Assembly: GCF_001194135.2 (NCBI RefSeq)
Contig: NC_068985.1
Span: 43,724,360 to 43,757,825 of the forward strand
Direction of reading: 5' to 3'
Source of the DNA: Octopus bimaculoides
Taxonomy: Eukaryota
Length of the DNA: 33,466 bases
Position numbers and translations under genes: made by a program. The notes under the pieces were generated by a model, which worked only from the letters and a program-made list of their open reading frames with translations, had not been told where the DNA came from and made no database searches. Below are positions 11,137-21,603 of this stretch, one piece after another (position 1 is the first letter of the stretch; each line of letters opens with the position of its first letter).

Positions 11137-12480
11137 ATTATGACCTACAGCCACATTGTAATATTTGTTTCTTTCTTATGAGCAGAATTGGCACAGCTGA
11201 TATACAGTGAATTGGATTCCTGGCGTAATGGAAGTCATTGTTTGAAAGTGAAGGAGGAGGGTGCAATGGGTTTGCTTGAAAGTGCTTTCTGTTCGTAAGG
11301 AGGATCACAAACTATGTATTGTTTCATCGTATAAAAGGAGGTTAATACGATTTTGCCCAGAAATCACATTTTCAAAATTTTAATCTCCCACTGCAATTTC
11401 TTAATTTGTAACTTTTTCGATTTTTTTATCCACGTAGAAAAATACAGAGATTACGTATCTGAGAATTATATATATATTTTTAAAGTTTAATTTTTCTTAA
11501 AGAAACACTTAATGTCCTACCCCCACCTCGCCCACCCATCAACTACCCGCTTTCAAAAAACTAAAACCTCCCAATGTTTCACTTTCGTCTGATGTTTCAC
11601 GCATGCGTAGAATTGTACTGAAATAGCAGATATAAAAAATACCAGAACATCATCAGAAAACCCTACATGCTAGAAACAATGGATAAAGGACAAGATTTCT
11701 GGGAAAACTTCTTTTAAGTTTATATCGAAGATCAGGTTTTTAAATACGCTCATCACAAACATAAATTGCAGAAAAGAAAAAAGGTCTTTTCAGTTGGATT
11801 TGAGATGTAATTTNNNNNNNNNNGGATGAAGAAAAAGATTCGCACTCTCTGTTTTTTTTTTCTCCGTGGATTACTAAGAAAAAAAATTTGGAAAAAAAGT
11901 AAAAATGAAGAAATTGGGGTGGGGAGAGAGAAAATTAAAATATAGAGACCGTGTTTTTAGGCGAAATCCTAATCTGTATCGAAAGGATAAGAATTGGAAG
12001 AAATTTAGGAACAAAATAAGGGTGGGGGCGCAAATATCACATTGGACATGCTAGAAACAATGGATAAAGGACAAGATTTCTGGGAAAACTTCTTTTAAGT
12101 TTATATCGAAGATCAGGTTTTTAAATACGCTCATCACAAACATAAATTGCAGAAAAGAAAAAAGGTCTTTTCAGTTGGATTTGAGATGTAATTTTGCGCA
12201 TGCACACAGCAAGAAATAATATAATTCGTACAGAAGTTTTATCTAATGTGTTATTTTATGGCATTCTTTCGTTTGAAGCAGCAAAGTTGTCAACTTTATC
12301 ATATGGGATCGTATGATTGTTCGTTAATTTCTGTAATTTAAAAAAATTTCTTTATGCTTTGAAGAGAGCAGAAATTGAAAGAGAAGAGAAAGTGAAAAGG
12401 TGACATTGGTTTTGAAGTGAGAGCAGAAAGTAAAAGAGAGAAGAAAGTGAAAGATATATGTACGTATATATGAAATGATC

Positions 12481-12497
12481 GTGTGTGTGTGGGTGTG

Positions 12498-12575
<78 letters not shown>
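12481..12575. repeat. (GT)n(GA)n microsatellite
   Basis: Directly visible. Confidence 0.97.
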
Positions 12576-12577
<2 letters not shown>

Positions 12578-12696
12578 AGTGAAGGTGTGTGTTGTCATGT
12601 ACGTATTTTTTGTTTGCATGTGTAAGTGGCACTTATTTCCGATGTTATTTTAGTATTAAAAAAGAGTTGTGCCAAAAACAGTTTATTTGGTAGCCT

Positions 12697-12975
12697 TTAT
12701 ATTGGGTCATTCCATTCAACAGTTATGATCGGAGTTTGTTCCACCATGGCTTGCAGGACGTCCTCGTCGAGCTCTACACATCTTCCAGGACGAGGCTCGT
12801 CTTCTAGACTGTAGTTTCCGGCTCTGAATTTCTGAAACCACCGTTGACACTGGCTTACGCTTGTTGTCCGATCCCCGTGTACTGCTTTAATATTCCTTGC
12901 ACTTTCCGTTGCGTTCTTGCCTTTATTGAACTTATAAAGCAAAATATGCCGAATATGCTTCTTTGTCACTTCCAT
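12697..12975 (-). CDS. Truncated mariner transposase, N-terminal HTH DNA-binding region only (92 aa)
   Basis: MEVTKKHIRHILLYKFNKGKNATESARNI...QCQRWFQKFRAGNYSLEDEPRPGR..ELDED has the Mos1/SETMAR-type HTH1 and linker motifs. The last residues WNDPI are read from the TIR. Expression is unknown. Confidence 0.8.
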   Translation of the reverse strand: MEVTKKHIRHILLYKFNKGKNATESARNIKAVHGDRTTSVSQCQRWFQKFRAGNYSLEDEPRPGRCVELDEDVLQAMVEQTPIITVEWNDPI

Positions 12976-13159
12976 TATAGCTTTGAAAAATAATTGTTAA
13001 AATCTAACTGCACTCTTCAAAACTTGCACTAAGAATAAGGCCAAGGTAAAATTACTACCAGCTTTTATAGCAAGTGGATGCAGGTAGTTTAACCCGTCAC
13101 CCTCTGACTTTTAGTTCATGCAATTGAAAAAACCGCATTGTTTATGGGATGGCCCAATA
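12700..13159 (-). mobile_element. Internally deleted mariner element (460 bp)
   Basis: Inverted termini tattgggtcattccat (12700-12715) and atgggatggcccaata (13144-13159), with TA on both flanks. The left TIR is cut to about 16 bp. Confidence 0.9.
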
Positions 13160-13439
13160 TATTTATATATATAGATAGGTGATAAGCAGCTTTCTTTATT
13201 ATAGCAAAGATATGACTAATTCAGAAAAAATTACTTTCATTATTCACATATCGTCACTCTCATAATGCAACACTTTTGTAATTTTGGTTTAAATTGAAAG
13301 TGTGAAACCATTTTCACTTTCTAATGAAACCTGGTCGTTGTAGAGCAGTGTTTTTCAAATAACTAAGGCTGGTTGTGGAGATAACGTAGAAAATATGTAA
13401 ATGAAAATAAAGTTACTTGGTAGCCGAAAGATTACTGAA

Positions 13440-13493
13440 TGTTTTGATACCCTATACGTCAAAATCGGCAACTCAGTTTTCGAATGCATGAGG

Positions 13494-13566
<73 letters not shown>

Positions 13567-13583
13567 TTATATATATATATAGA
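13440..13583 (-). mobile_element. Helitron-like 5' terminus with (CA)n (13496-13564)
   Basis: The minus strand begins A|TCTATATATATATATAAAAGTG(TG)n, followed by the reverse complement of caaaatcggcaactcagttttcgaa. This is typical of non-autonomous Helitron 5' ends. Confidence 0.6.
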
Positions 13584-14021
13584 TAAATAATCTGAAAATT
13601 GTCGTAAACACAAGCCAATGCAGTTTTTTTTAGCAACGTCCAGACTGCGAGAGAAAGAAGACACTGCAGTGTACTTAAATAGGAATCTAGGATAATACAA
13701 GAGTCAGAATAAATCTATAGGACAAAAGTGACCAACAGTGACCAGCAGAAATCTGTATTGTTGCTGCTTGTAGAATTCTAATCAACGCTGAACATGTACG
13801 AAAATCAATAAAACATACGGCTTTGTATATTTTTAGAATATACTTTATATATTATTTTATATGACATATAAAAGTGAAGTGTTGAAAGGCGTGGGAAATA
13901 ATAAATCTCATGTTTTGTTCAATTTCTTTTTCCGGTATGAGTTTTCTCACTTTGCGTTTGTTGACGCACCAACATCGCATGACGATGATGATGATAATGA
14001 CGATAGTTATAATTCTTTCTA

Positions 14022-14210
14022 TTATAGGCACAAGGCCTGAATTTTTTTTGGGGGGTGGAGGAAAGTCGATTATATCGCCCCCCCCCACCAATGCTCAACT
14101 GGTGCTTCTTTCATCGATCCCGAGAGGATGAAAGGCAAAGTCGATCTCAGCGGAAAGACGAACGAAATACCGCCAAGAATTTCGTCTAGCGTGCTATTGA
14201 TTCTGCAAGC
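14022..14210 (-). mobile_element. SINE family A inside (GAT)n tracts
   Basis: taggcacaaggcctga...ggatgaaaggcaaagtcgatctc...gattctgcaagc; (GAT)n at 13980-14003 and 14211-14280. Confidence 0.85.
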
Positions 14211-14363
14211 GATGATGAATATGATGATGATGATGATGGTAGTGGTGGTAGTGACGATTACGGCGATGATGATGATGATGTGTGTTTATGAGTGTGATAC
14301 CTGTTTTACTTTTGTGCAAGTTTGTTTTACTGCTAGCTCTCAAACACACATATACACATACCC

Positions 14364-14566
14364 TCTCTCTCTCTCTTTTTCCTCCTTCTCTCTCTTTCTC
14401 CTCCTTCTCTCTCTCTCTTTCTCCTCCTTCTCTCTCTCTCTTTCTCCTCCTTCTCNNNNNNNNNNTCTCCTCCTTCTCTCTCTCTCTCTTTCTCCTCCTT
14501 CTCTCTCTCTCTTTCTCCTCCTTCTCTCTCTCTCCTCCTTCTCTCTCTCCTCTCTCTCTCTCTCTC
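14364..14566. repeat. Compound CT-rich minisatellite (ttctcctccttctctctctct units)
   Basis: Directly visible, with a 10-N gap at 14456-14465. It explains the ER/LS-rich pseudo-ORFs. Confidence 0.95.
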
Positions 14567-14820
14567 GGTCACCCAACCAAACAAACAAATACACGATATA
14601 TCAAACAGTGTTGCGAAGGAAGCTGTCAAAGTTCCCTAGGATAGGGAAATAGATAACAAATACCTCTATGAGCACAGACAATTTTGTTGGGGACAAGTTA
14701 AGAACGAATGATTTCATCTGGGTTTTTTACATTCTTCAATGAAGAGCTCTTCCTGAAATGTTATCTATTTCTCTTCCTCGTATCAGATATATTAGCTATT
14801 TGTCAATATTTGTCTGGTTG

Positions 14821-15199
14821 TAAGGCGGTGAGCTGGCAGAAACGTTAGCATGCCGGGCGAAATGCTTAGCGGTATTTCGTCTGTCTTTACGTTCTGAGTT
14901 CAAATTCCGCCGAGGTCGACTTTGCCTTTCATCCTTTTGGGGTCAATAAATTAAGTACCAGTTGCGTACTGGGGTCAATCTAATCGAATGACTCTCTCCC
15001 TCAAAATTTCGGGCCTTGTGCCTTGAGTAGAAAAGCATTTCTTCCGTTTTTACGTTCTGAGTTCAAATTCCACAGAGGTCGACTTTACCTTTCATCCTTT
15101 CGGGAGTCGATAAAATAAGTACCAGTTCAACATTGGGTTCGAAGTAAATGACTTACCTCTTCCCCTAAAATTGCTGGCCTTTTGCCAAAAGTTGAAACC
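14821..15199 (+). mobile_element. Composite of two family A SINEs with one outer TSD
   Basis: One head, two copies of the body and two different tails (gtagaaaag at ~15036; gttgaaacc at ~15199). TSD aatatttgtct(g/t)gttg at 14805-14820 and 15200-15215. Confidence 0.88.
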
Positions 15200-15204
15200 A
15201 ATAT

Positions 15205-15295
15205 TTGTCTTGTTGTTGTTGTTTAGCTCAAGGTCGGACGTCTCTGAGTAGACCTACGATCATATATTCTGTCCATGGTTATCTTGTCATGTTCA
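15205..15295 (-). mobile_element. SINE-like family C, 3' end
   Basis: (ttg)n tttagctcaaggtc...gagtagacctacgatc. Confidence 0.65.
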
Positions 15296-15409
15296 AATAG
15301 TTCTGGCCTCCGTCTTTTATTAATGACCGTGGATGAAGATCCCAGTTGTCCGCCCTTTTGTTACAGCATTGCTCTCTCTCTCCAGTATATAGTGTTTGAT
15401 AGGAACTAA

Positions 15410-15625
15410 ACCTGGGTAATATGGTGTGGAAGGCAGTTTGCTGCTCATGTAGCATGTACCCCTCTCCACGTGGCTGATGCATCCAAAGGAACAGCTCGGC
15501 GGTTACAATTTGGCGCCAGCGTCTTCGCAGGAGTTGCCAGAACGAGGCTGCAGACAACGTCGAACTGCCACAGAGGTTCCAACTCTCGATTTTTCATTCA
15601 GGTTTACTTCCGAAGCCTTTCAGAC
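15410..15625 (-). mobile_element. RTE-clade LINE 5'UTR-like fragment
   Basis: ctgatgcatccaa..tttggcgccagcg..cgcaggagttgccagaacgagg..gaagccttt resembles the reverse complement of RTE 5'UTR sequences as I recall them. Not database-checked. Confidence 0.45.
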
Positions 15626-16099
15626 AAACAATACTAATGTGGCTTTTTTTTTTAAAGATCATAGGGTTGAACTGGTAACTTGAGCCACAAGAGAGGCCAC
15701 TTGACAAACACAACTAATTACGTGACCAATAGAATTGTGATGGATAGAACTGAATTAAATTAATTGTTTTCTACATACATTGGTCAGAGAAAGATGTTGG
15801 TATCATAAAATCTTAAACTTCTTTGAAAATATAAAACAGCAAGAAACTGATTATTCTTAACTACCTTTAATTCTTCACTCTTCTTCCTTCGAAACAAAAC
15901 GAAAGAGAGAACCCCACCCCTTTTCTTTGCTTTTAATCATTCATATTAATTTTCATCATCTTTCAATTTTAATTTCTGCTAGTTGGCCTTGTTTAATTAA
16001 ATTGACCAGATATCATCATGTTTCTTTCTTAATTAAATAATAATGATTTCTTACATTGGCAAAAAGCCACAGATTTATAAGAAAGGAGTATAATCTATG

Positions 16100-16420
16100 A
16101 AGTTGACCTCAATATACAACTAACATTTTTTTTTATCGATCTCGGAATGAAGGAACTTAAAGACAGTAACGACAGCATCGGCAGAGGTACACATAATTAT
16201 CACAAGTCATTTTGTCCAGCGCTTTTACTGATTCTGCCAAGCCACTGCTTCTACTGATGATGATGATGATGACGATGATGATAATGACGATGATGATAAT
16301 GACGACGACGACGATGATGATGATAACAATTAATCGTTTTAATTTTGTCACAAGGCTAGCAATTTAGAGTGAGGAGAAAGGATTACATTGACCTCATTAT
16401 TTAACTACTCTTATAAGCTC
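16100..16420 (-). mobile_element. Degraded family A SINE pieces around a (GAT/GAC)n microsatellite (16255-16325)
   Basis: ttatcgatctcggaa, cattttgtccagcgc..tgattctgcca and gtcacaaggctagcaattt. Confidence 0.55.
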
Positions 16421-16519
16421 CTAAGAAACAATTGGCGAAAGCGTGGCACAAGCGAGTGACGGTTAAGCTTAGCTAAGCTATATACCACAACATGTTACTT
16501 GTATATCTCTTTTCTACAT

Positions 16520-16610
16520 CGTATTTTAGAGAGTAGGTTGTAGTCTGAGGGAAATTTGGTAGCTTTTTCTAGTAAGTTATGCAATCACAAGTTTCCCTGT
16601 TGGCTTGACT
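16520..16610 (-). mobile_element. SINE-like family C fragment
   Basis: gtaggttgtagtctgagggaaatttggtagc corresponds to gtagggtgtgatttgagggagatttggctgc. Confidence 0.55.
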
Positions 16611-16739
16611 CGTCGAGTTATATATGGAGCAAAAAAGAATCATTTCTTTATATACATAATGCCTTTCTGGTATCACTGTGTTGTGGGAAGAATGAGCATA
16701 AGAAAACTGTTCATATATGTAACCCAGACATCATTGACT

Positions 16740-17230
16740 CCATGAAGGCAGACAGATTCTGAAAACATCATGTAAAGGGGCCATGCAACCTTGTATCCTT
16801 TAATAGCTCAAATGAAGATAACATTAACATAACTCTTAGTATGAACAGCACACAACTGGAGTCATCACAACCCAACAGATGACTGATGATCTCTCTTGAC
16901 GAACACGCAACTTTAACATAGTAAAGACCGCATTACAATGATTGGCTCTTCTCTTCAGAACCAGTAAATATTTCAGCCTCTAACAACTAATTAATAACCC
17001 TCTGTCAAGCTCAATTGAGATATTCAATAGTGTACTTTTCCCATATCTAGGACGGTGGTGCTACTCCCCCTATCACCACACATCGTAAACCACATCCAGA
17101 AAAGACCACCCGACTGATTGACTCGAAGATGCTCACCAACTGACTCCGTCTTCTGGTTTATGGATGTGCTATCTTCTCTCTCTGCGTTTTCTGTCTCAGA
17201 GGGACTACGAAGGCAATAGGCTAGGACACC
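16740..17230 (+). pseudogene. CR1/L2(Jockey)-group LINE reverse transcriptase C-terminal remnant
   Basis: Pieces across frameshifts: NLVSFNSS (16787), ITLSMN, GVI..TDDLS*, NIVKTALQ*LALLFRTSKYFS (16918), LCQAQLR..YFSHI*DGGA (17033), HIQKR-TRLI. These match the pattern NLV.FN..KT / LGV..L.W..H / LY.AQ.RP..EYCSHIW.GA / IQKRA.RLI. Confidence 0.75.
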
Positions 17231-17283
17231 TTCCTGGAAACGAAACCGATAAAAAAAATCATTAAAAAAAAATGAACAACATA

Positions 17284-17745
17284 GTCGCAGGCGTAGCTGT
17301 GTGGTTGAGAAGCTTGCTTCCGAACCATGTAGTTATCATTTCAGTCCCACCGCCTGGCACCATGGGCAAGTGTTCTGAACTATAGCCTCGGGCTGACCAA
17401 AGCTTTGTGAGTGGCTTTGGTAGATAGGAACTGAAAGAAACCTTTCGTATACATACATACAAACATACATACATGCACACACAAGCACAGATATACGTAT
17501 GTGTATGTGTGTGTCTGTGTGTGTGTGTCTGTGTGTACCATTGCGTTTGTTCCCAACCATCGCTTGACAGCTGATGCTGGTTTGGTTAATCCCCCGTAAC
17601 ATAGCAGTTCGGCAAAAGACACGATAGAATGAATATCAAGCTTTAAAAAGTAAGTATTGCAGTCGATGTGTTCGACTAAACCTTTCAGTGTGGTACCTCA
17701 GCATGGCCACAGTCCAGTGACTGAAACAAATAAAAGATAAAGATA
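17284..17745 (+). mobile_element. SINE family B, full length (tRNA head, CORE-like centre, microsatellite, conserved tail)
   Basis: gcaggcgtagctgtgtggttgagaagc...catgggcaagtgtt...(TACA/TG)n...cagcatggccacagtccagtgactgaaacaaataaaaga. The catgggcaag segment resembles the CORE domain; octopus OR-type SINEs are the likely match (unverified). Confidence 0.9.
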
Positions 17746-18597
17746 ACACAATACGAAGGATAAAAGATTATATACACACATCTATCTATCTATCTATCTA
17801 TATACACACACATATACACATACATGTGTGTGTGTTAATTGTCCAAGATTTCGTGACAAACAAAAGCGAGTTGATGGTCGATAAAAGATGACGCATGCAG
17901 ATATAATAGACAGATAATGAAAGAAATCGACCAATGGGGAAACGGCAAACAATGCAGTCATTAAGCAACAAAAATAAATAAATAAATGCACTGCCTGACA
18001 GTACCAGCGGCAAGCAACCATGGGTAATCATGAATTATCGGGAGCAGATGGAACACAAACTTATCAATAGGGTTCAAGTGGGAAAAAGACGGCAAGCACA
18101 ACGTCGCAAGTATTAATGCATAAATTATTCGTGATCATTACCAGAGCATCAGTTTATGTCCCAACTATACCGATACAAAGTGGGAAATAGAAGATAAATT
18201 CTAGACAGAGCACCATCATAGATTCGATAAGCATCTTAAAGACATCGCGTAATTAAATTAGAGGAACTGGAAAAGAAGGGATGCTAAAGAAGCAAAAATT
18301 TTAGAGCGTTTGACATGCATTTAGCTGCCAGCTTAGATATTTTCTGTACAAACTCTGTCGAGGACGACTTGTCGCTTCGTTATTTCGGAGTTCTATAAAA
18401 TAAAGTACCAATAGAATACAGAGATTATGATTGACTCCAGATTGATGTACATCACTAATGTGTGGTGGCAGGTCTGCTTTTCAATAATTAGGTATTTGCC
18501 GAACGACATACATAATACAGAGGAAGACATGTGAAACCCGACCATATTTTGTATTTAAAAAACAACTTATGTTTTTGTCAAACTGTAGTTAAATCCT

Positions 18598-18770
18598 TTG
18601 TTTCAGCCATTAGATTGCAGCCATACTGGGGCATTTTTGGAGAATGAATCGACCCCAGTACTTTTTCTAAGCGTGGTACTTATTCTATCATTCTCTTTTG
18701 CCAACCAATAAATTACGGGAACGTAAACACACCAGCAGCGGTTGTCAAATGGTGGTGAGACACACACACA

Positions 18771-18825
<55 letters not shown>

Positions 18826-18886
18826 CGGGTTTCTTTCAATTTCTGTCTGCCAAATCCATTGACACGGTTTTGGCTGGCTCGAGGCT
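18598..18886 (-). mobile_element. SINE family B, truncated by an assembly gap
   Basis: Tail motifs, (CA)/(CT)n, then acgacgggtttctttcaatt running into Ns at 18887. Confidence 0.85.
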
Positions 18887-19559
18887 NNNNNNNNNNNNNN
18901 NNNNNNNNNNNNNNNNNNNNNNNNNNNNNNNNNNNNNNNNNNNNNNNNNNNNNNNNNNNNNNNNNNNNNNNNNNNNNNNNNNNNNNNNNNNNNNNNNNNN
19001 NNNNNNNNNNNNNNNNNNNNNNNNNNNNNNNNNNNNNNNNNNNNNNNNNNNNNNNNNNNNNNNNNNNNNNNNNNNNNNNNNNNNNNNNNNNNNNNNNNNN
19101 NNNNNNNNNNNNNNNNNNNNNNNNNNNNNNNNNNNNNNNNNNNNNNNNNNNNNNNNNNNNNNNNNNNNNNNNNNNNNNNNNNNNNNNNNNNNNNNNNNNN
19201 NNNNNNNNNNNNNNNNNNNNNNNNNNNNNNNNNNNNNNNNNNNNNNNNNNNAAATATGATAGACGGATGCACGGCGGAATCTTATTAGACAGACTGTTTT
19301 TGTTCTTGTATAGTAGACATAAGCATCATTTGGTTTAAGGCCACCACATCGCCTCTGGGTGTGTTTACCGAGTCTATTCTGATCAAAAATTTGGACCAAG
19401 CCTGAGGAAAATTTCCTCTTTTCCTTCCACCAATCTTTGAAAAGTGTCTTGTGTGCTGCCTTCTCTCATTAAACCATTAAAAAAAAAAAAAATGGAGTCC
19501 CTCCCTATGAGGTTTTTGAATATTTGTTTTCAGGATAACATATCTTATTAATAACTAAA

Positions 19560-19762
19560 GGAAGAGCTTGCATGTGGCCGCTCGACATCCTAGAAGTGCA
19601 GCCAACTCTACCACAAATCACACCCTACCATCTCAAAAGTGGAAGGCAACATTAAATAATGTCATTGTGGATGGATACCTCTAAAAAGATGAACTGACCA
19701 CGGCTTGGCTACTGGGTCAACTCACTCAGGTTTGACCTGAAACTAAATCACATCGATAACAA
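19560..19762 (+). mobile_element. SINE-like family C
   Basis: gtggccgctcgacatcctagaagtgcagccaa..aaatcacaccctacc..caggtttgacctg..aacaac. Confidence 0.75.
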
Positions 19763-19943
19763 CCTGCCTGGTTGAGGTAGGGATTTTCAATGAACAACCA
19801 CAACAGTAAAAATAACGATAACAAGAAACAAAGAAACCAAGCCAATAAAATAACTGAGGATTTGGCCAATTCTGGATATTTTAGTTTTTGTTTCTCGATT
19901 AATAAATCTGGGGAAAGAAATTCAACTCATTACGAGGTGGTTG

Positions 19944-20080
19944 TATGATTGCTGTGCTCTACTAGTTTACAAAGCAAGTAGCTTGTCATTATGCTGCATA
20001 GGAGACAGTTATATGATCGTTATGCTCTACTAGTTTTCCAGTAGAGAAGTTGTTACTATGTTGCTTGGAGACACGTATTA
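19944..20080. repeat. 68-bp tandem duplication
   Basis: tatgat..tgctctactagttt....tatg.tgc..ggagaca at 19944 and 20012. Confidence 0.75.
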
Positions 20081-20944
20081 CTCTGCAATTAAAAAAAAAC
20101 ATCAATGCTTTTATGCTACGCATCTGAAGCTTCTCTTTCATATCTTACACACGTTCAACTCATGATGACATAGCTGTACATATATAATTAACTACTAATA
20201 CGAACTCATCAACACTACGCACTTTATTACTTTCATACAATAAATATTGTTTTTTGTTTTCTGATATGTTCCCGAAGATTGAATTTGTAAATCAACGATG
20301 CTAATAGTTTCCTTAATATCAATTATGCATAAAAGAGAGAACAAAATAGTACTGAAATAAAATACAGTTTGTTTCATAATAAGCTGTGGCTAGTTTATTT
20401 TCTTTTACAGGCTCCCCGAGAAACTGTTTCTAAAAGCTTTCTAACGCAGTTCTCTCTGAAGGCAGAAAAAACAAACAAACCATATTTTACAATTATCTCT
20501 CACCAGCAGATGGATTTATTCAAACATGACAGATAGTAATTAGGAGATATAAAACGGTACAGAAATAAACTAAAACGGAACGAAGTAGTAGAAGCGGCAA
20601 TAATCCGCGGAGATCGAATTTCCTTTTACACTTTATTGATGTTTTATTGACTTTGTAACGAAGAATTACATTAACTCTTTCACGAAACACGTAGATCCGT
20701 AATGCTGTGGATTAACTCATGGTTTTTAAAACTTTTTCTTTTAATTACTTGTTCAGATGGGGAAGATTAGCGCCCATAAGTTTTTATCAGGATCTGCAAG
20801 ACTGGTAGAAGGAAGGGACGAAGCTATCCTTAAGCCAGAGACCTTCAAATAGAGTGGACTCTATTTAAATACATTCAAGGCACCATGTATTGGTGTTAAA
20901 GTGGACGACTGATTAAGTCTATCACTCAAGAACAGAAACGGGTC

Positions 20945-21116
20945 TCTCCAACGGGCTTCCACAGACTTTCTGTTTAGTAAATTTTAACGCACAGAGCTCT
21001 GGTCGACTCGAGGTTATACCAAAGTATATGGTACACTTTCCCAAGTTGTCGCGCTGTGGGATCCAACCAGAAACCATGAAATTGTGAAACGAACGTCTTA
21101 ATAGTATGGCCATGCT
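20945..21116 (-). mobile_element. SINE family B, 5' half, degraded
   Basis: aacgggcttccaca..ggtcgactcgaggttata..cactttcccaag..ggatccaaccagaaaccatg. Confidence 0.7.
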
Positions 21117-21386
21117 TTGAATTCAAATGAGAGATATGTTTTTCTTGGACAGACCTTACTAGCATACCGTTTGTAAACTTGCTTTGGAAAGCTTATATTT
21201 CACTGTTAAGTGAACGGGGAAGAAATTGCAAAAATACCTTGTTCCTGTTCAGAGACGTAACAAAATACTTCAAAAAGTTTTAAACTCATGATGACCCACA
21301 AACTGGTAATCTAATACAGGACCGTCTTCCTTACTTACTCAGTCAAATAACGATTTGAACTAACTCCTAATATTTTCCTAATCATT

Positions 21387-21603
21387 AGGGCGCTGAGCTG
21401 CCAGAATCGTTAGCACGCCGGGCAAAATGTTCAGCGGCATTTTGTCCGTCTTTACGTTCTAATCTCAATTTCCCCAGGGATCGACGTTGTCTTTTATCCT
21501 ATCGAGGATTATAAAATAAGTACCAGTTGAACAACAGTGTCGATGTCATCGACTTCCCCCCCACACCGCCGAAATTGCTGGCCTGGGACCGAAATTTGAG
21601 ACC
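21387..21603 (+). mobile_element. SINE family A, full length
   Basis: Complete motif order. Diverged TSD at 21369-21386 and 21604-21621 (14/18 identical). Confidence 0.85.

Noticed and set aside
13346-13359. Lone hAT-like TIRs (cagtgtttttcaaa here; tttgagaactactg at 6386-6399)
   Set aside because: No partner TIR or TSD found.
14128-14652. 174-aa and ER/LS-rich ORFs
   Set aside because: They translate a SINE plus (GAT)n and CT-rich repeats.
17990-18215. RTE endonuclease-like words (SVYVPT, EIEDKF)
   Set aside because: Too short and degenerate to call without an alignment.
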